From IMG/VR virus record IMGVR_UViG_3300033487_000003, positions 18,900 to 82,899 of that record: 64,000 bases of DNA; one strand, given 5' to 3'. The position numbers were made by a program, and so were the translations under genes. The DNA is from a virus. Taxonomy: Duplodnaviria > Caudoviricetes. The notes under the pieces were generated by a model. The model saw only the letters and a program-made list of their open reading frames with translations. It searched no databases and was not told where the DNA came from. Of this stretch, positions 1 through 8,927 are shown piece by piece. Within the stretch, counting starts at the first letter, position 1, and the number at the start of each line of letters is the position of its first letter.

Positions 1-305
1 CGCGTCGCGTCGATGACCTCCTTAGCCGTCTGTAGCGTCACCCAGTTCGGCCGGTTACGGAGCCTGCCGAGATTAGCCAATGCCCGCTCATGGTTGGTGA
101 TCGCTCCCCGCAGCCGAGCGACGATCTGAGTGTCGCGCACACGATCGGACAACGCGTCGACAATGTCCTGACTCTTCGCGTAGAACCTCGCCGTCTTGGC
201 TGCACTGCGCTCATCTGGCGGACGCATCTCATAGCAGATCTCAGCCTCGACGGTGGTGTACAGGTCGTCGATCAGCTCGCCGATGGGACGATCGGACAGC
301 GACAT
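1..305 (-). CDS. hypothetical protein (partial, runs off window start)
   Basis: Hand-translated ORF MSLSDRPIGELIDDLY... with AAAGGTG RBS upstream of ATG at 305, open to base 1; divergent from the VRR-NUC gene. Confidence 0.65.
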   Translation of the reverse strand, partial: MSLSDRPIGELIDDLYTTVEAEICYEMRPPDERSAAKTARFYAKSQDIVDALSDRVRDTQIVARLRGAITNHERALANLGRLRNRPNWVTLQTAKEVIDAT

Positions 306-352
306 GGTGATCACCTTTCTGTGTGGTCGAACTGACCATCACAGTTTACGGT

Positions 353-392
353 CCCCCGAAATATTTCGCAACGGGTATGGGTAGTATGAGGT
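353..392 (+). promoter_or_regulatory. palindromic promoter/operator, degenerate copy; leaderless start of VRR-NUC gene
   Basis: CCCCCG-aaatat-N17(..ACGGGTATGGG)-TAGTAT, 5 nt before ATG 393. Confidence 0.45.
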
Positions 393-932
393 ATGGCACA
401 ACATCGACCATCACGCTTCACCCTCCCCGCATTTCCCCCACCAGCCCCATCGTCGACCCGCGCACCACGACGCCGAATCGAAGCAGGCTTCCAAGCAGCG
501 GTCATCGACCTCATCACCTATCGGCAGCTGTGGTGCTTCCACCTGACAGACTCCCGTACCGCCCCGGCGGGCTGGCTGGACCTGACGATCCTCGGCCAGG
601 GCGGTATCCTGTTCCGCGAACTCAAGACCGCGACCGGACGCCTGTCCAAGGCGCAGAAACATGTCATCGGACTGCTAGAAGCCGCCGGACGAGACGTCAA
701 GGTCTGGCGGCCCGTAGACCTCCAGTCAGGGCTGATCGTCCGGGAACTCGACACGATCCGTCGACCACGTCCCCGACTCCAACCCGAGGACGTCGCCTGG
801 CTAGTGCGCGAGCTACGCGGCTACGACCAGGCACGTCCAACCGGAGACCAGGTTTGGTCCCACTGGCGGAACCTGCTAGAGATCATGCTCAAAGTTGACG
901 TCGGAACTCTCGACACCACCACGAACCACTAG
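393..932 (+). CDS. VRR-NUC domain nuclease (PD-(D/E)xK)
   Basis: E..FQ..V..L..Y..LW.FH; GWLDL..L; ILFRELKTATGRLSKAQ. Confidence 0.85.
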   Translation: MAQHRPSRFTLPAFPPPAPSSTRAPRRRIEAGFQAAVIDLITYRQLWCFHLTDSRTAPAGWLDLTILGQGGILFRELKTATGRLSKAQKHVIGLLEAAGRDVKVWRPVDLQSGLIVRELDTIRRPRPRLQPEDVAWLVRELRGYDQARPTGDQVWSHWRNLLEIMLKVDVGTLDTTTNH

Positions 933-941
933 GAGAAACAG

Positions 942-1223
942 ATGTTGGTGACTATTCAGGTCGAGTCTGACTCGACCGTACTGGAGATCCGTCAGGAGAA
1001 TTTGCTACCACATATGACATCACAGAAGACATTCGACGCAAACCTGGTTTCCGCCGTAGTGACGATGGGCGAGTGCGCTGGTCGGATGATCGCCGCTCTG
1101 GTAGCTGGGGGTGAAACGCCGATAGACGTCATGATCGAAGAGTTTCAGAAGAAAGTCATTCGATCGGCGCGGAGCAGCATCTCTGATACGGCGCACGTCT
1201 GTGATGGGACTGGGTGCCGCTGA
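942..1223 (+). CDS. hypothetical protein
   Basis: AGGAG RBS, follows VRR-NUC gene. Confidence 0.6.
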   Translation: MLVTIQVESDSTVLEIRQENLLPHMTSQKTFDANLVSAVVTMGECAGRMIAALVAGGETPIDVMIEEFQKKVIRSARSSISDTAHVCDGTGCR

Positions 1224-1292
1224 GGGTTCCTCAGGTTTCGTATTTACCGTGACCCCGAACAGTGTGTTCGGGGTCACATTTTTCGGGAGGGA

Positions 1293-1328
1293 GTGACAGA
1301 ACACTCCGGGGGGACGTAGACTTGTGGC
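1293..1328 (+). promoter_or_regulatory. sigma70-type promoter with GGGGGGACG operator half-site, leaderless
   Basis: GTGACA-N18-TAGACT then 6 nt to ATG 1329. Confidence 0.6.
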
Positions 1329-1901
1329 ATGACGACAATGACCCTCAAGACCGAAAACGCCCAGATCATCGTGGAAGTCATCAGCTACATGTCCTCCAGG
1401 ACGGTCCTCCGTGGGGTTACGGAAATCAACACCCTGCTCGATGACGCCATCACCTACGTCACCAACAGGCACCGCTACAACCACCGCTACAACCACAACT
1501 GCGCCGACTCCAAAGGGTGCCAGTTTGGCAATCCGGAGCACATCGACCGTCTGCTCTCCGAAGCCAAGTACTACATCGTGAACTTCGTTCGTGTTTACGC
1601 CACTCCCACCTCCAAAGAACTTCGGGAACTGGCGGATCTGATCGAGGCAGCTAGCAATCTCTACCTCGGCATCCTCGCCGCGCGCGACGAGGGCATGCTT
1701 GCCATCCCCGAGGACGCCGAGGTAGAGATCAAGTTCGGACATGCGAGCGGCTCCGACATCACGATCGTCGTATCCGCGATCGACCCGGGTGGTCTCCCCA
1801 TCCTGGACCAGGTCCACACCGTGATCGGTGAAATCCTCGCCGACTCGACCTGGTGCGATTACACCCACGCCACCATCGCTGGTTCTCTGATCGCCCAGTA
1901 G
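1329..1901 (+). CDS. hypothetical protein
   Basis: 190 aa ORF with phage-like codon use; 12-bp tandem repeat encodes HRYNHRYNHN. Confidence 0.65.
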   Translation: MTTMTLKTENAQIIVEVISYMSSRTVLRGVTEINTLLDDAITYVTNRHRYNHRYNHNCADSKGCQFGNPEHIDRLLSEAKYYIVNFVRVYATPTSKELRELADLIEAASNLYLGILAARDEGMLAIPEDAEVEIKFGHASGSDITIVVSAIDPGGLPILDQVHTVIGEILADSTWCDYTHATIAGSLIAQ

Positions 1902-1923
1902 TCAGCCACCACCCAAATATCCC

Positions 1924-1964
1924 ACGTCCCCCCGTAGCGTCTATGCTATGGGGGGACGTATACT
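1924..1964 (+). promoter_or_regulatory. palindromic promoter/operator
   Basis: ACGTCCCCCCG-TAGCGT...GGGGGGACG-TATACT. Confidence 0.6.
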
Positions 1965-1998
1965 TGTGGGAGTACCGCACATCAAACCGGAGGACCCC

Positions 1999-2631
1999 AT
2001 GACCAGAGCGAACTACCAAACCGGAGCGCTCCGCGCACTCAAATACCTGGCAGACAGTTCCATGAGCAACAACGTTCCGCTACGAACCAAAATCGAACAC
2101 GTGATCGAATACTACGAACTGGTCGAGCTGAAAGACTTCGCCGACGCGATCGACTACGCGATGCACTACCTCGCCATAGCAGCGAGGCAGGTCCCCACCG
2201 CGTTCGTACCGTCGATGACCTCCGTCGCCGACCTCATCGAAGTCGACCGCACCTACACCATCGGATCAATCTGTCGACAGGCGATAGAGCTCATGACCTG
2301 CGACATGCCCCCCAGCATCCTCGATCACCAGCTGGCAGCGCAGGCTCTCCGAGGAATCGCCCACACCATCACCACGACACCCGGGGATACGATTCTGAAT
2401 CTTCTCAACTCGGCCACGTTCGGCGCTCTGATCCGGAAAGAGCTTAAGCAACCCGGCTACCACGACGCCGACCACCCGAACTGCATCCGTAGAGCCATCT
2501 GCGCCAGACTCACCAAGGCCGCAGACCAGGAAGTCAACCTGGAGAACTTCCCCCTGGACGTCGTCCCACTGACTAGCCTGGTTGGTCTGTTCAACCGGGC
2601 AGCGAACATGGTCGATCCGATCTGGCCGTAA
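1999..2631 (+). CDS. hypothetical protein
   Basis: GGAGG RBS before ATG 1999. Confidence 0.7.
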   Translation: MTRANYQTGALRALKYLADSSMSNNVPLRTKIEHVIEYYELVELKDFADAIDYAMHYLAIAARQVPTAFVPSMTSVADLIEVDRTYTIGSICRQAIELMTCDMPPSILDHQLAAQALRGIAHTITTTPGDTILNLLNSATFGALIRKELKQPGYHDADHPNCIRRAICARLTKAADQEVNLENFPLDVVPLTSLVGLFNRAANMVDPIWP

Positions 2632-2652
2632 CGGTCCAGAACCCAGACGAGG
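2575..2652 (+). repeat. 78-bp imperfect direct repeat, copy 1 (copy 2 at 3810-3887)
   Basis: agcctggttggtctgttcaaccgggcagcgaacatggtcgatccgatctggccgtaacggtccagaacccagacgagg. Confidence 0.9.
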
Positions 2653-2742
2653 TAGACGACCTCATAGACGATGCCCTTGGCATCTGACCAATCCACCTGG
2701 CCCGATGGACAACCACCGGGCCGCAACCACGAAAGGACAACC

Positions 2743-3732
2743 GTGAGCAAAATCTACTTCCACACCCTGACCCACACGGTAGAACTCATGGGCTCCGAAC
2801 GCGGCTGGCTCCGCGCTGTGGCCGCGAACACCGCTCGACCCTGGTGGGGCCTGGACGGATCAATACCAACAAGCGAATGGACCTCACACCGGGCATTCGA
2901 CATCATCGACATGATTACCCCCGGGACGTGTGGCCAATACGTCATCGACGTCGCCAGATCCGTCCGGAACGGCCGATACGACGACGCCACGATCAAGACC
3001 CTCATCGACGTCCTCGCCACCTGCCTTCGCGTCAACGACGTCCCATTCCGCGTCGGCGACCACGTCGTGTCGTCGGCGAACGTCGAACTCAACACCGCGC
3101 TCGCCACCGGCAACGACCTCGTGTGCCTTGCCGCGAAGATCCACGGATGGTGTGAGATCCACCCCTGGTTCGAGGAGACCGACCGAGCGTGGTGCGCTGA
3201 CATCATCGAACGCGCCCTCACGGCCGGCGTGTACCGCTCCGGTCTGTGGTACACCGGCCACTGCGGGCAACGCACCTGGTGCGAGCAGGGATGGACGGAT
3301 GTCGTCGCCCTTCTCCGTGACACCACCACACACCCCGGACCGGTAGTCCTGTCCTACTCGATTTGCGACGGATTTCCGAATCCCGACGTAGCCCTCACCA
3401 TGCCGACCTGGCCGAACGGAATCCCCAAGGACTGGAATGCATTGACCACGGTCCAGCAAGAAGAACGCCGTACGGCGATCACGGCCTGGTACAACCTCCC
3501 CGAATCCCAACAGTGGGAGACCGCCATGGACGGTATCCGCCGTGACCAGTCATGGGCGAACATCGGACCGACGAACCTCACGACCACCACGTTTGGTCCG
3601 CCCATCACCCTGTTCGACCTGTTTCATACGGACAGAGTCGACCGAGTTCACGCGGCGTACGCCTCTGCCGTAGTAGACGGAAAAGCCGAAGATACGGCAC
3701 GGAATGACCCGAGGAGAACAGGCGACAGATGA
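2743..3732 (+). CDS. hypothetical phage protein
   Basis: GAAAGGA RBS before GTG 2743; ~330 aa Trp-rich ORF. Confidence 0.75.
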   Translation: MSKIYFHTLTHTVELMGSERGWLRAVAANTARPWWGLDGSIPTSEWTSHRAFDIIDMITPGTCGQYVIDVARSVRNGRYDDATIKTLIDVLATCLRVNDVPFRVGDHVVSSANVELNTALATGNDLVCLAAKIHGWCEIHPWFEETDRAWCADIIERALTAGVYRSGLWYTGHCGQRTWCEQGWTDVVALLRDTTTHPGPVVLSYSICDGFPNPDVALTMPTWPNGIPKDWNALTTVQQEERRTAITAWYNLPESQQWETAMDGIRRDQSWANIGPTNLTTTTFGPPITLFDLFHTDRVDRVHAAYASAVVDGKAEDTARNDPRRTGDR

Positions 3733-3866
3733 CCAGCATGATCTTCAAGGTTGATCCGGAATCCGACGCCGACCGATACATGATCTAGTCCACCGTGAAC
3801 GACATGCCGAGCCTGGTCGGTTTGTCAAACCGGGCAGCGAACATGGTCGACCCGATCTGGTCGTAA
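3729..3866 (+). pseudogene. small chimeric ORF interrupted by in-frame TAG
   Basis: ATGA-coupled to upstream gene; MTSMIFKVDPESDADRYMI*STVNDMPSLVGLSNRAANMVDPIWS; TAG at 3786-3788; C-terminus matches that of 1999..2631. Confidence 0.6.
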
Positions 3867-3887
3867 CAGTCCAGAACCCAAACGAGG
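3810..3887 (+). repeat. 78-bp imperfect direct repeat, copy 2
   Basis: Aligns without gaps to 2575-2652. Confidence 0.9.
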
Positions 3888-3917
3888 GACGCCCCGAAAA
3901 CATCCGGGGCGTCCCTC
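3884..3917. terminator. hairpin between convergent genes
   Basis: 13-bp perfect stem gagggacgccccg/cggggcgtccctc. Confidence 0.75.
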
Positions 3918-3933
3918 GTCGTTCGACCACCCG

Positions 3934-4845
3934 CTACCCACCCAGCATAGCCGCGAACGCAGCCTGATGACGCACCTCATCACCCCGGATCTCGACGAAC
4001 AGCTCAGCTTCCGCCACATCACCAACAGCCGTCGCCTCACCCGCCCACGTCGCATACGAGGCGACCGCACCATCCTCAGCCGCGAGCGCCGACGTGAGAT
4101 TCTCCGTGGTGTCGACCGAGACCAGGCCAGCAAGACTGGCCAGCTCAGCGAAGTGCTCGTACAACTCGATCTCCGACAGACGCAGGAAGAACGCCCCAAC
4201 GGTCGTGTTACCGCGCTGATAGGCAGCTTGCGAGAACATCAGGTACCGCGCCGACGCGAACGCCTCACCACGCATCGCCGCCCACAGATTCGTCAGGGTC
4301 CGTCCCGTTGACTGCGTCGGTCCGGCAACGATCGCAACCGGACTGACCGTGGGCAGTACTGGCCACCTACCGCCGACTCTCACGACGTGTCGGACCCGCG
4401 TCAGCGTCCTCTGGTGCGAGCACTCGTCTCTGGCCAACTCCGCGAACAACTCCTCAGCCACCACGTCTCCGTCAACGCCAGCCTGAGCAGAGAACCCCGG
4501 ATAGAGCGTCCTGGCCTCGGCGCGCTCATCGACGATCGCCGTCCCGAGATTCGCCACGTCCGAACCGACCAGCTGGTACGCGGCGGCCAGCTGGGAAAAG
4601 TGATCGTCTCTCTCCTCGTTGGCGGTCGCGACCAGCAAGCTGGCGACATCCGGGTTTCCGGTAGCAGTCGCGCGTACCGACCAGGCGTGATATTCGGCGT
4701 ACGCAAGCGCCTCATCGTGCATCGCGGTCGACAGGTTGATAGTGGTCTGTCCGGACGTGGCGACTGCCGGATGACCCGACCCAGCGACCAGGGCGCAGAC
4801 CAACCCGCCAGCAACGATCACGTTCGTCAGTGCTCTGAAACGCAT
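3934..4845 (-). CDS. secreted tandem rubrerythrin/ferritin-like protein
   Basis: N-terminal signal-like peptide; two repeats of E-A...Y / ExxH di-iron-type motifs (HDEALAYAEY, NEERDDH, DECSH; RGEAFASARY, IELYEH, DEVRH). Confidence 0.8.
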   Translation of the reverse strand: MRFRALTNVIVAGGLVCALVAGSGHPAVATSGQTTINLSTAMHDEALAYAEYHAWSVRATATGNPDVASLLVATANEERDDHFSQLAAAYQLVGSDVANLGTAIVDERAEARTLYPGFSAQAGVDGDVVAEELFAELARDECSHQRTLTRVRHVVRVGGRWPVLPTVSPVAIVAGPTQSTGRTLTNLWAAMRGEAFASARYLMFSQAAYQRGNTTVGAFFLRLSEIELYEHFAELASLAGLVSVDTTENLTSALAAEDGAVASYATWAGEATAVGDVAEAELFVEIRGDEVRHQAAFAAMLGG

Positions 4846-5122
4846 TTCGTGTCCCTCCTACGATTGAGTGATGACTGGATTCACCATCTTGCATACCACC
4901 GAGGATGACTCCACGGCATCCGCCACGCAGCAATAAGGTGTCTATCTGCCGTAGGGCTACCCCATACGAGGTCTGATCGAGGACGGTTCGCGAGTGAGGA
5001 TGCTCCGGAGAAGGCGATCTGTCATACGCAAGAGGGGAGCGAATTACTTCGTCCAGTAGTTGATCAAGTCTAGGGACGCCGCGAAACGTAAGATAGCGGA
5101 CTACAAAGACTGGCCCCACCCG

Positions 5123-5157
5123 TTGTCGAAACCTACGGGGTAGGGTAGACTTTTGGT
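5123..5157 (+). promoter_or_regulatory. palindromic sigma70-type promoter, leaderless
   Basis: TTGTCG-N17(..ACGGGGTAGGG)-TAGACT then 6 nt to ATG 5158. Confidence 0.7.
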
Positions 5158-5505
5158 ATGGCGAACGACATCACCCACACCTACACCAACGACGGCAACG
5201 AAAACCCCTACACCGTCTATCGCATACTCCAGGAAACCGGCAACAGGCTCATGACCACCGACAGCGTGGTCGAAGCGATCGAAGCAGCCATGACCGAAAT
5301 CGTTCCCAACGTCTCCGATCCCGGAGACCACTTTGCCGCAGCCCTCGACGTAGCCGTAAACGCCGGCATCTCCTTCTTCGACGGAATCACCGACCAGCCC
5401 TGGCTGGTACGTCGTGGACGCGAGGAGACCCTTCTTGCCGAGGCTCTCGTCTACGCTCGTCAGCTGTGCCCCGCCGTATTCACCTTCACCCCGCGTATCG
5501 GCTGA
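5158..5505 (+). CDS. hypothetical protein
   Basis: ORF behind a good promoter. Confidence 0.7.
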   Translation: MANDITHTYTNDGNENPYTVYRILQETGNRLMTTDSVVEAIEAAMTEIVPNVSDPGDHFAAALDVAVNAGISFFDGITDQPWLVRRGREETLLAEALVYARQLCPAVFTFTPRIG

Positions 5506-5514
5506 TCAAACACT

Positions 5515-5550
5515 GAAGTGCCCGCTAACCTTCGTGGTGGCGGGCACTTC
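5515..5550. terminator. hairpin between convergent genes
   Basis: stem gaagtgcccgc/gcgggcacttc. Confidence 0.7.
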
Positions 5551-5572
5551 CCATTTTCAAGACCAACAAAGG

Positions 5573-5791
5573 TCAGGGAGCGTTTCCGTCAGCGTACGGA
5601 CGGTTTCCGAGAACTCCTAGGAGCCATTCGGCAGCCCACCGGTACATGCCCTCGCAGACGATCATCTCCCGCCATCCCTCGTCGCATCGGATCATGTAGC
5701 GGTCGGTGGCGTCTCCGGTGTCTTCCAGCACCATCGTGTACGTCGGACACTCCGGAGTTGGCCGGGATGTCACATATCCAGTTTCACCCAT
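5573..5791 (-). CDS. hypothetical protein
   Basis: AAGGAAG RBS before ATG 5791 (MGETGYVTSRP...). Confidence 0.6.
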   Translation of the reverse strand: MGETGYVTSRPTPECPTYTMVLEDTGDATDRYMIRCDEGWREMIVCEGMYRWAAEWLLGVLGNRPYADGNAP

Positions 5792-5897
5792 TTTGTCTTC
5801 CTTTCTAGACACGGGATGGGGTCGCACGGGGAGACCCTCCCTACCCCACGAACAACATCATGATCATACTTAGGTGACAACCCCATCGGGAGGAACC

Positions 5898-6647
5898 ATG
5901 TCTTATGCCGTCGTCGTCCTGTCCGGAGGACTGGACTCCACCGTGGCGCTCTGGAGTGAGCTGCTGACCGCCACGATCGATCTTCGGCTAGGGCCCACGA
6001 TCGAAGAAAGATGTGCCAGAGGTGTCACCGCCGTAACTGTCGATTACGGCCAACGTCACCGCAGGGAGATCAGCGCCGCGCGCGCGGTGGTCGAGTGCTG
6101 GCAAGCTGAAGCCGCCCACCGTATGAGCGAAGGACGGCGAGCTATCACGCTCGACCACGTGATTGTCGAGGCGCCGAGCCTCGGCCACGTGCTGTCAGGG
6201 TCTGCGCTTACCGACCAGACGATAGCCGTCCCCCACGGTCACTACACGGCGCCCACGATGGTGGACACGATCGTCCCGAACCGAAATATGATCATTTCCT
6301 CGATCGCGGCGGGAATCGCCGTGGCGCGTAAAGCGGAACGCCTCGTACTCGGCGTTCATGCTGGGGACCATCCGATCTATCCCGACTGTCGTCCAGAGTT
6401 CGTGCAGTCGCTACAGCACTGCATTCAGGTCGGCACGGGAACACGACTTCATGTAGATGCCCCGTTCCTGACCATGACGAAAGACCAGATCGTCAGAATG
6501 GGCGCCGATATGGCCACACCCATGAATCTGACATGGTCGTGCTACCAGGGCGGCAACAAGCACTGCGGAAAGTGCGGTACCTGCGTGGAACGACGCGAGG
6601 CGTTCTCCCTCGCGAACGTAAGCGACCCAACCGAATACGAGGAGTGA
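5898..6647 (+). CDS. queC: 7-cyano-7-deazaguanine (preQ0) synthase
   Basis: SGGLDS PP-loop, YGQRH, VPNRN, YPDCRPEF, C-x8-C-x2-C-x2-C zinc site; no N-terminal GATase domain. Confidence 0.95.
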   Translation: MSYAVVVLSGGLDSTVALWSELLTATIDLRLGPTIEERCARGVTAVTVDYGQRHRREISAARAVVECWQAEAAHRMSEGRRAITLDHVIVEAPSLGHVLSGSALTDQTIAVPHGHYTAPTMVDTIVPNRNMIISSIAAGIAVARKAERLVLGVHAGDHPIYPDCRPEFVQSLQHCIQVGTGTRLHVDAPFLTMTKDQIVRMGADMATPMNLTWSCYQGGNKHCGKCGTCVERREAFSLANVSDPTEYEE

Positions 6648-6648
6648 C

Positions 6649-7131
6649 ATGTATCGGATTACGAAACGGTGGAAGTTCGACGCCGCACACCAACTACACG
6701 GACTCCCCGACGACCACAAGTGTGGTCGACTTCATGGTCACACCTACACCGTGGAAGTCGAGGTATCAGCGGAAGACCTTGACGATCGTGGATTTGTGGT
6801 CGACTTCGCCGACCTCGCACCGGTCAAGCAGCTGATCGACGGAGTTTACGATCATAGGTTCCTCAACGACATCTTGCCAGCGTCATTCAACCCGACGGCG
6901 GAGAATCTGGCCTCGCTGCTCTACGCGCATATCACGATGATCTACCACGTGCGTGGTCGATCGGCTACGAATGACCCTATCGATCTTGAAATCGTCCTGC
7001 CACGTTGCGAACCGCTCCTACTTCACAAGGTCGTACCACTACGGGAAGGGGTAGAGATCACCGCTATCCGCGTGTCGGAGACCGGATCCAGCTGGGCGGA
7101 GTACCGGAATGACCTCCCTGCCAGTCGTTGA
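6649..7131 (+). CDS. queD: 6-carboxy-5,6,7,8-tetrahydropterin synthase
   Basis: FDAAHQL..KCGRLHGHTY, VVDF, DHRFLND, PTAENLA, VSET. Confidence 0.93.
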   Translation: MYRITKRWKFDAAHQLHGLPDDHKCGRLHGHTYTVEVEVSAEDLDDRGFVVDFADLAPVKQLIDGVYDHRFLNDILPASFNPTAENLASLLYAHITMIYHVRGRSATNDPIDLEIVLPRCEPLLLHKVVPLREGVEITAIRVSETGSSWAEYRNDLPASR

Positions 7132-7843
7132 GATCATCGGCCCTACCGTGCAGGGAGAAGGACCACGCGTCGGTCGCCGCGTCGCCCTGATCCGTCTCGG
7201 AGGATGCAATCTGACCTGCGAATCCTGCGATACCCGGTACTCCTGGGACGGTAGCGAACCAACAGTTCAGGCCGGAAACCAGGCGATCATGGAACAGCTG
7301 GCGGACGTCGCAGGGAAACACCCCCTGTACCAGGTCGTCATCACGGGTGGAGAACCGCTTATCCACCAAAATCGAAACGCGTTCCGGGAACTCGTCATCG
7401 GCATACTCGCTCGGGGTATGTCGGTAGAGATCGAGACGAACGGCACGATCGTCCCCGCGCCATGGTTTCAGCCCCGACTGGTCGCGGGTGGTCTCGACGT
7501 CGTGGCGGTGTCGTTCTGCGTGTCTCCAAAGATCGTGGGAGGGCTCGCGACCGATCCCGAACCGAAACGGATCAAGGGAAACGCATTGCGTTGGTTCGCA
7601 GCGTGTGACTGCGCCACATTCAAGATCGTTTGCCGGACCGTGGACGACGTCACCCGTATCGGCACCTGGGCCGACATCAACCACATCAACCGCCACCAAA
7701 TCTGGATCATGCCGGAGGGTGCCACCTGGAATGATCACATCACACGAGCGCGCGCGCTCGTCGACCGCATCCTGACCGAGGGAATGCATATCTCTTCCCG
7801 GCTACACCTGGGACTGTGGCCAACCACGATGAGGGGACGTTGA
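7109..7843 (+). CDS. queE: 7-carboxy-7-deazaguanine synthase (radical SAM)
   Basis: TVQGEG, IRLGGCNLTCESCDT, VITGGEP, IETNG. Confidence 0.95.
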   Translation: MTSLPVVEIIGPTVQGEGPRVGRRVALIRLGGCNLTCESCDTRYSWDGSEPTVQAGNQAIMEQLADVAGKHPLYQVVITGGEPLIHQNRNAFRELVIGILARGMSVEIETNGTIVPAPWFQPRLVAGGLDVVAVSFCVSPKIVGGLATDPEPKRIKGNALRWFAACDCATFKIVCRTVDDVTRIGTWADINHINRHQIWIMPEGATWNDHITRARALVDRILTEGMHISSRLHLGLWPTTMRGR

Positions 7844-8439
7844 TGACCGCAGCCATGGAGGGCGAACCCAAACACGATGCGGAAGATGCCCTATACCGCA
7901 ATCTCCTTCACTTCATGGGACTAACCGCTCACGTCGATGACCAAACCGCGACCCGCTACGTCCGAGCGCTACGACAACTCACCTACGGGACGGCGGTCGA
8001 TCCGGAACGACACCTCCAGGTGACCTTTCCCCCGGTCACAACCACCGCCGTCCTCGTGACCGTCGCGGACGTACCCTATGTCTCGATGTGTGCCCATCAC
8101 ATGCTGCCCTTTTGGGGTACCGCGACGATCGCCTACCTACCCAGACCAGGAGCGAAGATCGTCGGACTGTCAAAAATCAGTAGATGCTTCCGAGAGCTGG
8201 CGGCACGTCCTCAGGTGCAAGAGCAGCTGGGTCAGCAGATGAGCGACGCGATTGCCAGGAATTTGGACGTCGATGGCGTGGCCGTTGCGATCTGTGGAAC
8301 CCACACCTGTATGGCGCTACGGGGTGCCACCACGGGAATCGGAGCACGGATGGTGACGACGAGCAGTTCTGGTGAGCTGGAACGAGAGCCCTGGCTGGGA
8401 CAGTTCCGCAGCATCGCGGATACCGTACTCAGAGGGTAG
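7843..8439 (+). CDS. folE: GTP cyclohydrolase I
   Basis: SMCAHHMLPFWG, VGLSK, RPQVQE, HTCMALRG. Confidence 0.93.
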   Translation: MTAAMEGEPKHDAEDALYRNLLHFMGLTAHVDDQTATRYVRALRQLTYGTAVDPERHLQVTFPPVTTTAVLVTVADVPYVSMCAHHMLPFWGTATIAYLPRPGAKIVGLSKISRCFRELAARPQVQEQLGQQMSDAIARNLDVDGVAVAICGTHTCMALRGATTGIGARMVTTSSSGELEREPWLGQFRSIADTVLRG

Positions 8440-8443
8440 ATGT

Positions 8444-8469
8444 CGGGGGGCTCTGATAAGAGCCCCCCG
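8444..8469. terminator. hairpin between convergent genes
   Basis: 11-bp perfect stem cggggggctct/agagccccccg. Confidence 0.75.
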
Positions 8470-8470
8470 G

Positions 8471-8854
8471 TCAGAGAAGTTCGAGCAGCGTAGTTCCGGA
8501 AATTCCCGTGTCCTTCTTACGGCGAGATCGCCGTGGTTTGAACGCCTTGTTCACCAGGTTCCGACACCACAGCAGATGTTCGGATCGTTCGTTGCGGGCA
8601 CCGGGATCAGTAGTCTCGGCCAGCTGATCAGACCGGTAGGTCCTGCGTCTGGCCAGATAGAGCAGGTGTGAGATGCCGGTCTTGACGATGATGTTCTTCG
8701 TGGCGTCGCGGATCTCACGGATGCCGGGCTCTCGGTCGAATCCGAAGTCGATCTCACCGAGAATCGCTACCAGGTCGCGGGGATCGAGTTCGAACTCGAC
8801 CTTGATCTTTATTGGTCGGTCGCTACCAGTGACAGTGGGTTCTACGGTTTCCAT
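8471..8854 (-). CDS. hypothetical protein
   Basis: 127 aa ORF divergent from terminase. Confidence 0.6.
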   Translation of the reverse strand: METVEPTVTGSDRPIKIKVEFELDPRDLVAILGEIDFGFDREPGIREIRDATKNIIVKTGISHLLYLARRRTYRSDQLAETTDPGARNERSEHLLWCRNLVNKAFKPRRSRRKKDTGISGTTLLELL

Positions 8855-8927
8855 ACCACAACACTACCAGTACCCATAATATTAGTCTACGGGGGGAAGT
8901 AGTAGGCGGAATAAATATCATCCGATC

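Noticed and set aside
90-335. Plus-strand ORF from the supplied track
   Set aside because: The minus-strand ORF starting at 305 has a clear RBS and more protein-like sequence.
1471-1500. 12-bp tandem repeat (HRYN) as a functional element
   Set aside because: Only about 2.5 copies, in frame; ordinary slippage.
2743-3732. Candidate missing DpdA near the que operon
   Set aside because: No TGT-type motifs (e.g. DSGGF/DSGAF) visible; cannot be excluded without structure prediction.
4846-5120. Structured ncRNA or riboswitch upstream of the rubrerythrin gene
   Set aside because: No convincing stems or known riboswitch consensus by eye; a covariance search would be needed.
8471-8854. Small terminase subunit
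   Set aside because: Opposite strand to terL and no recognisable motif; no terS identified in the window.
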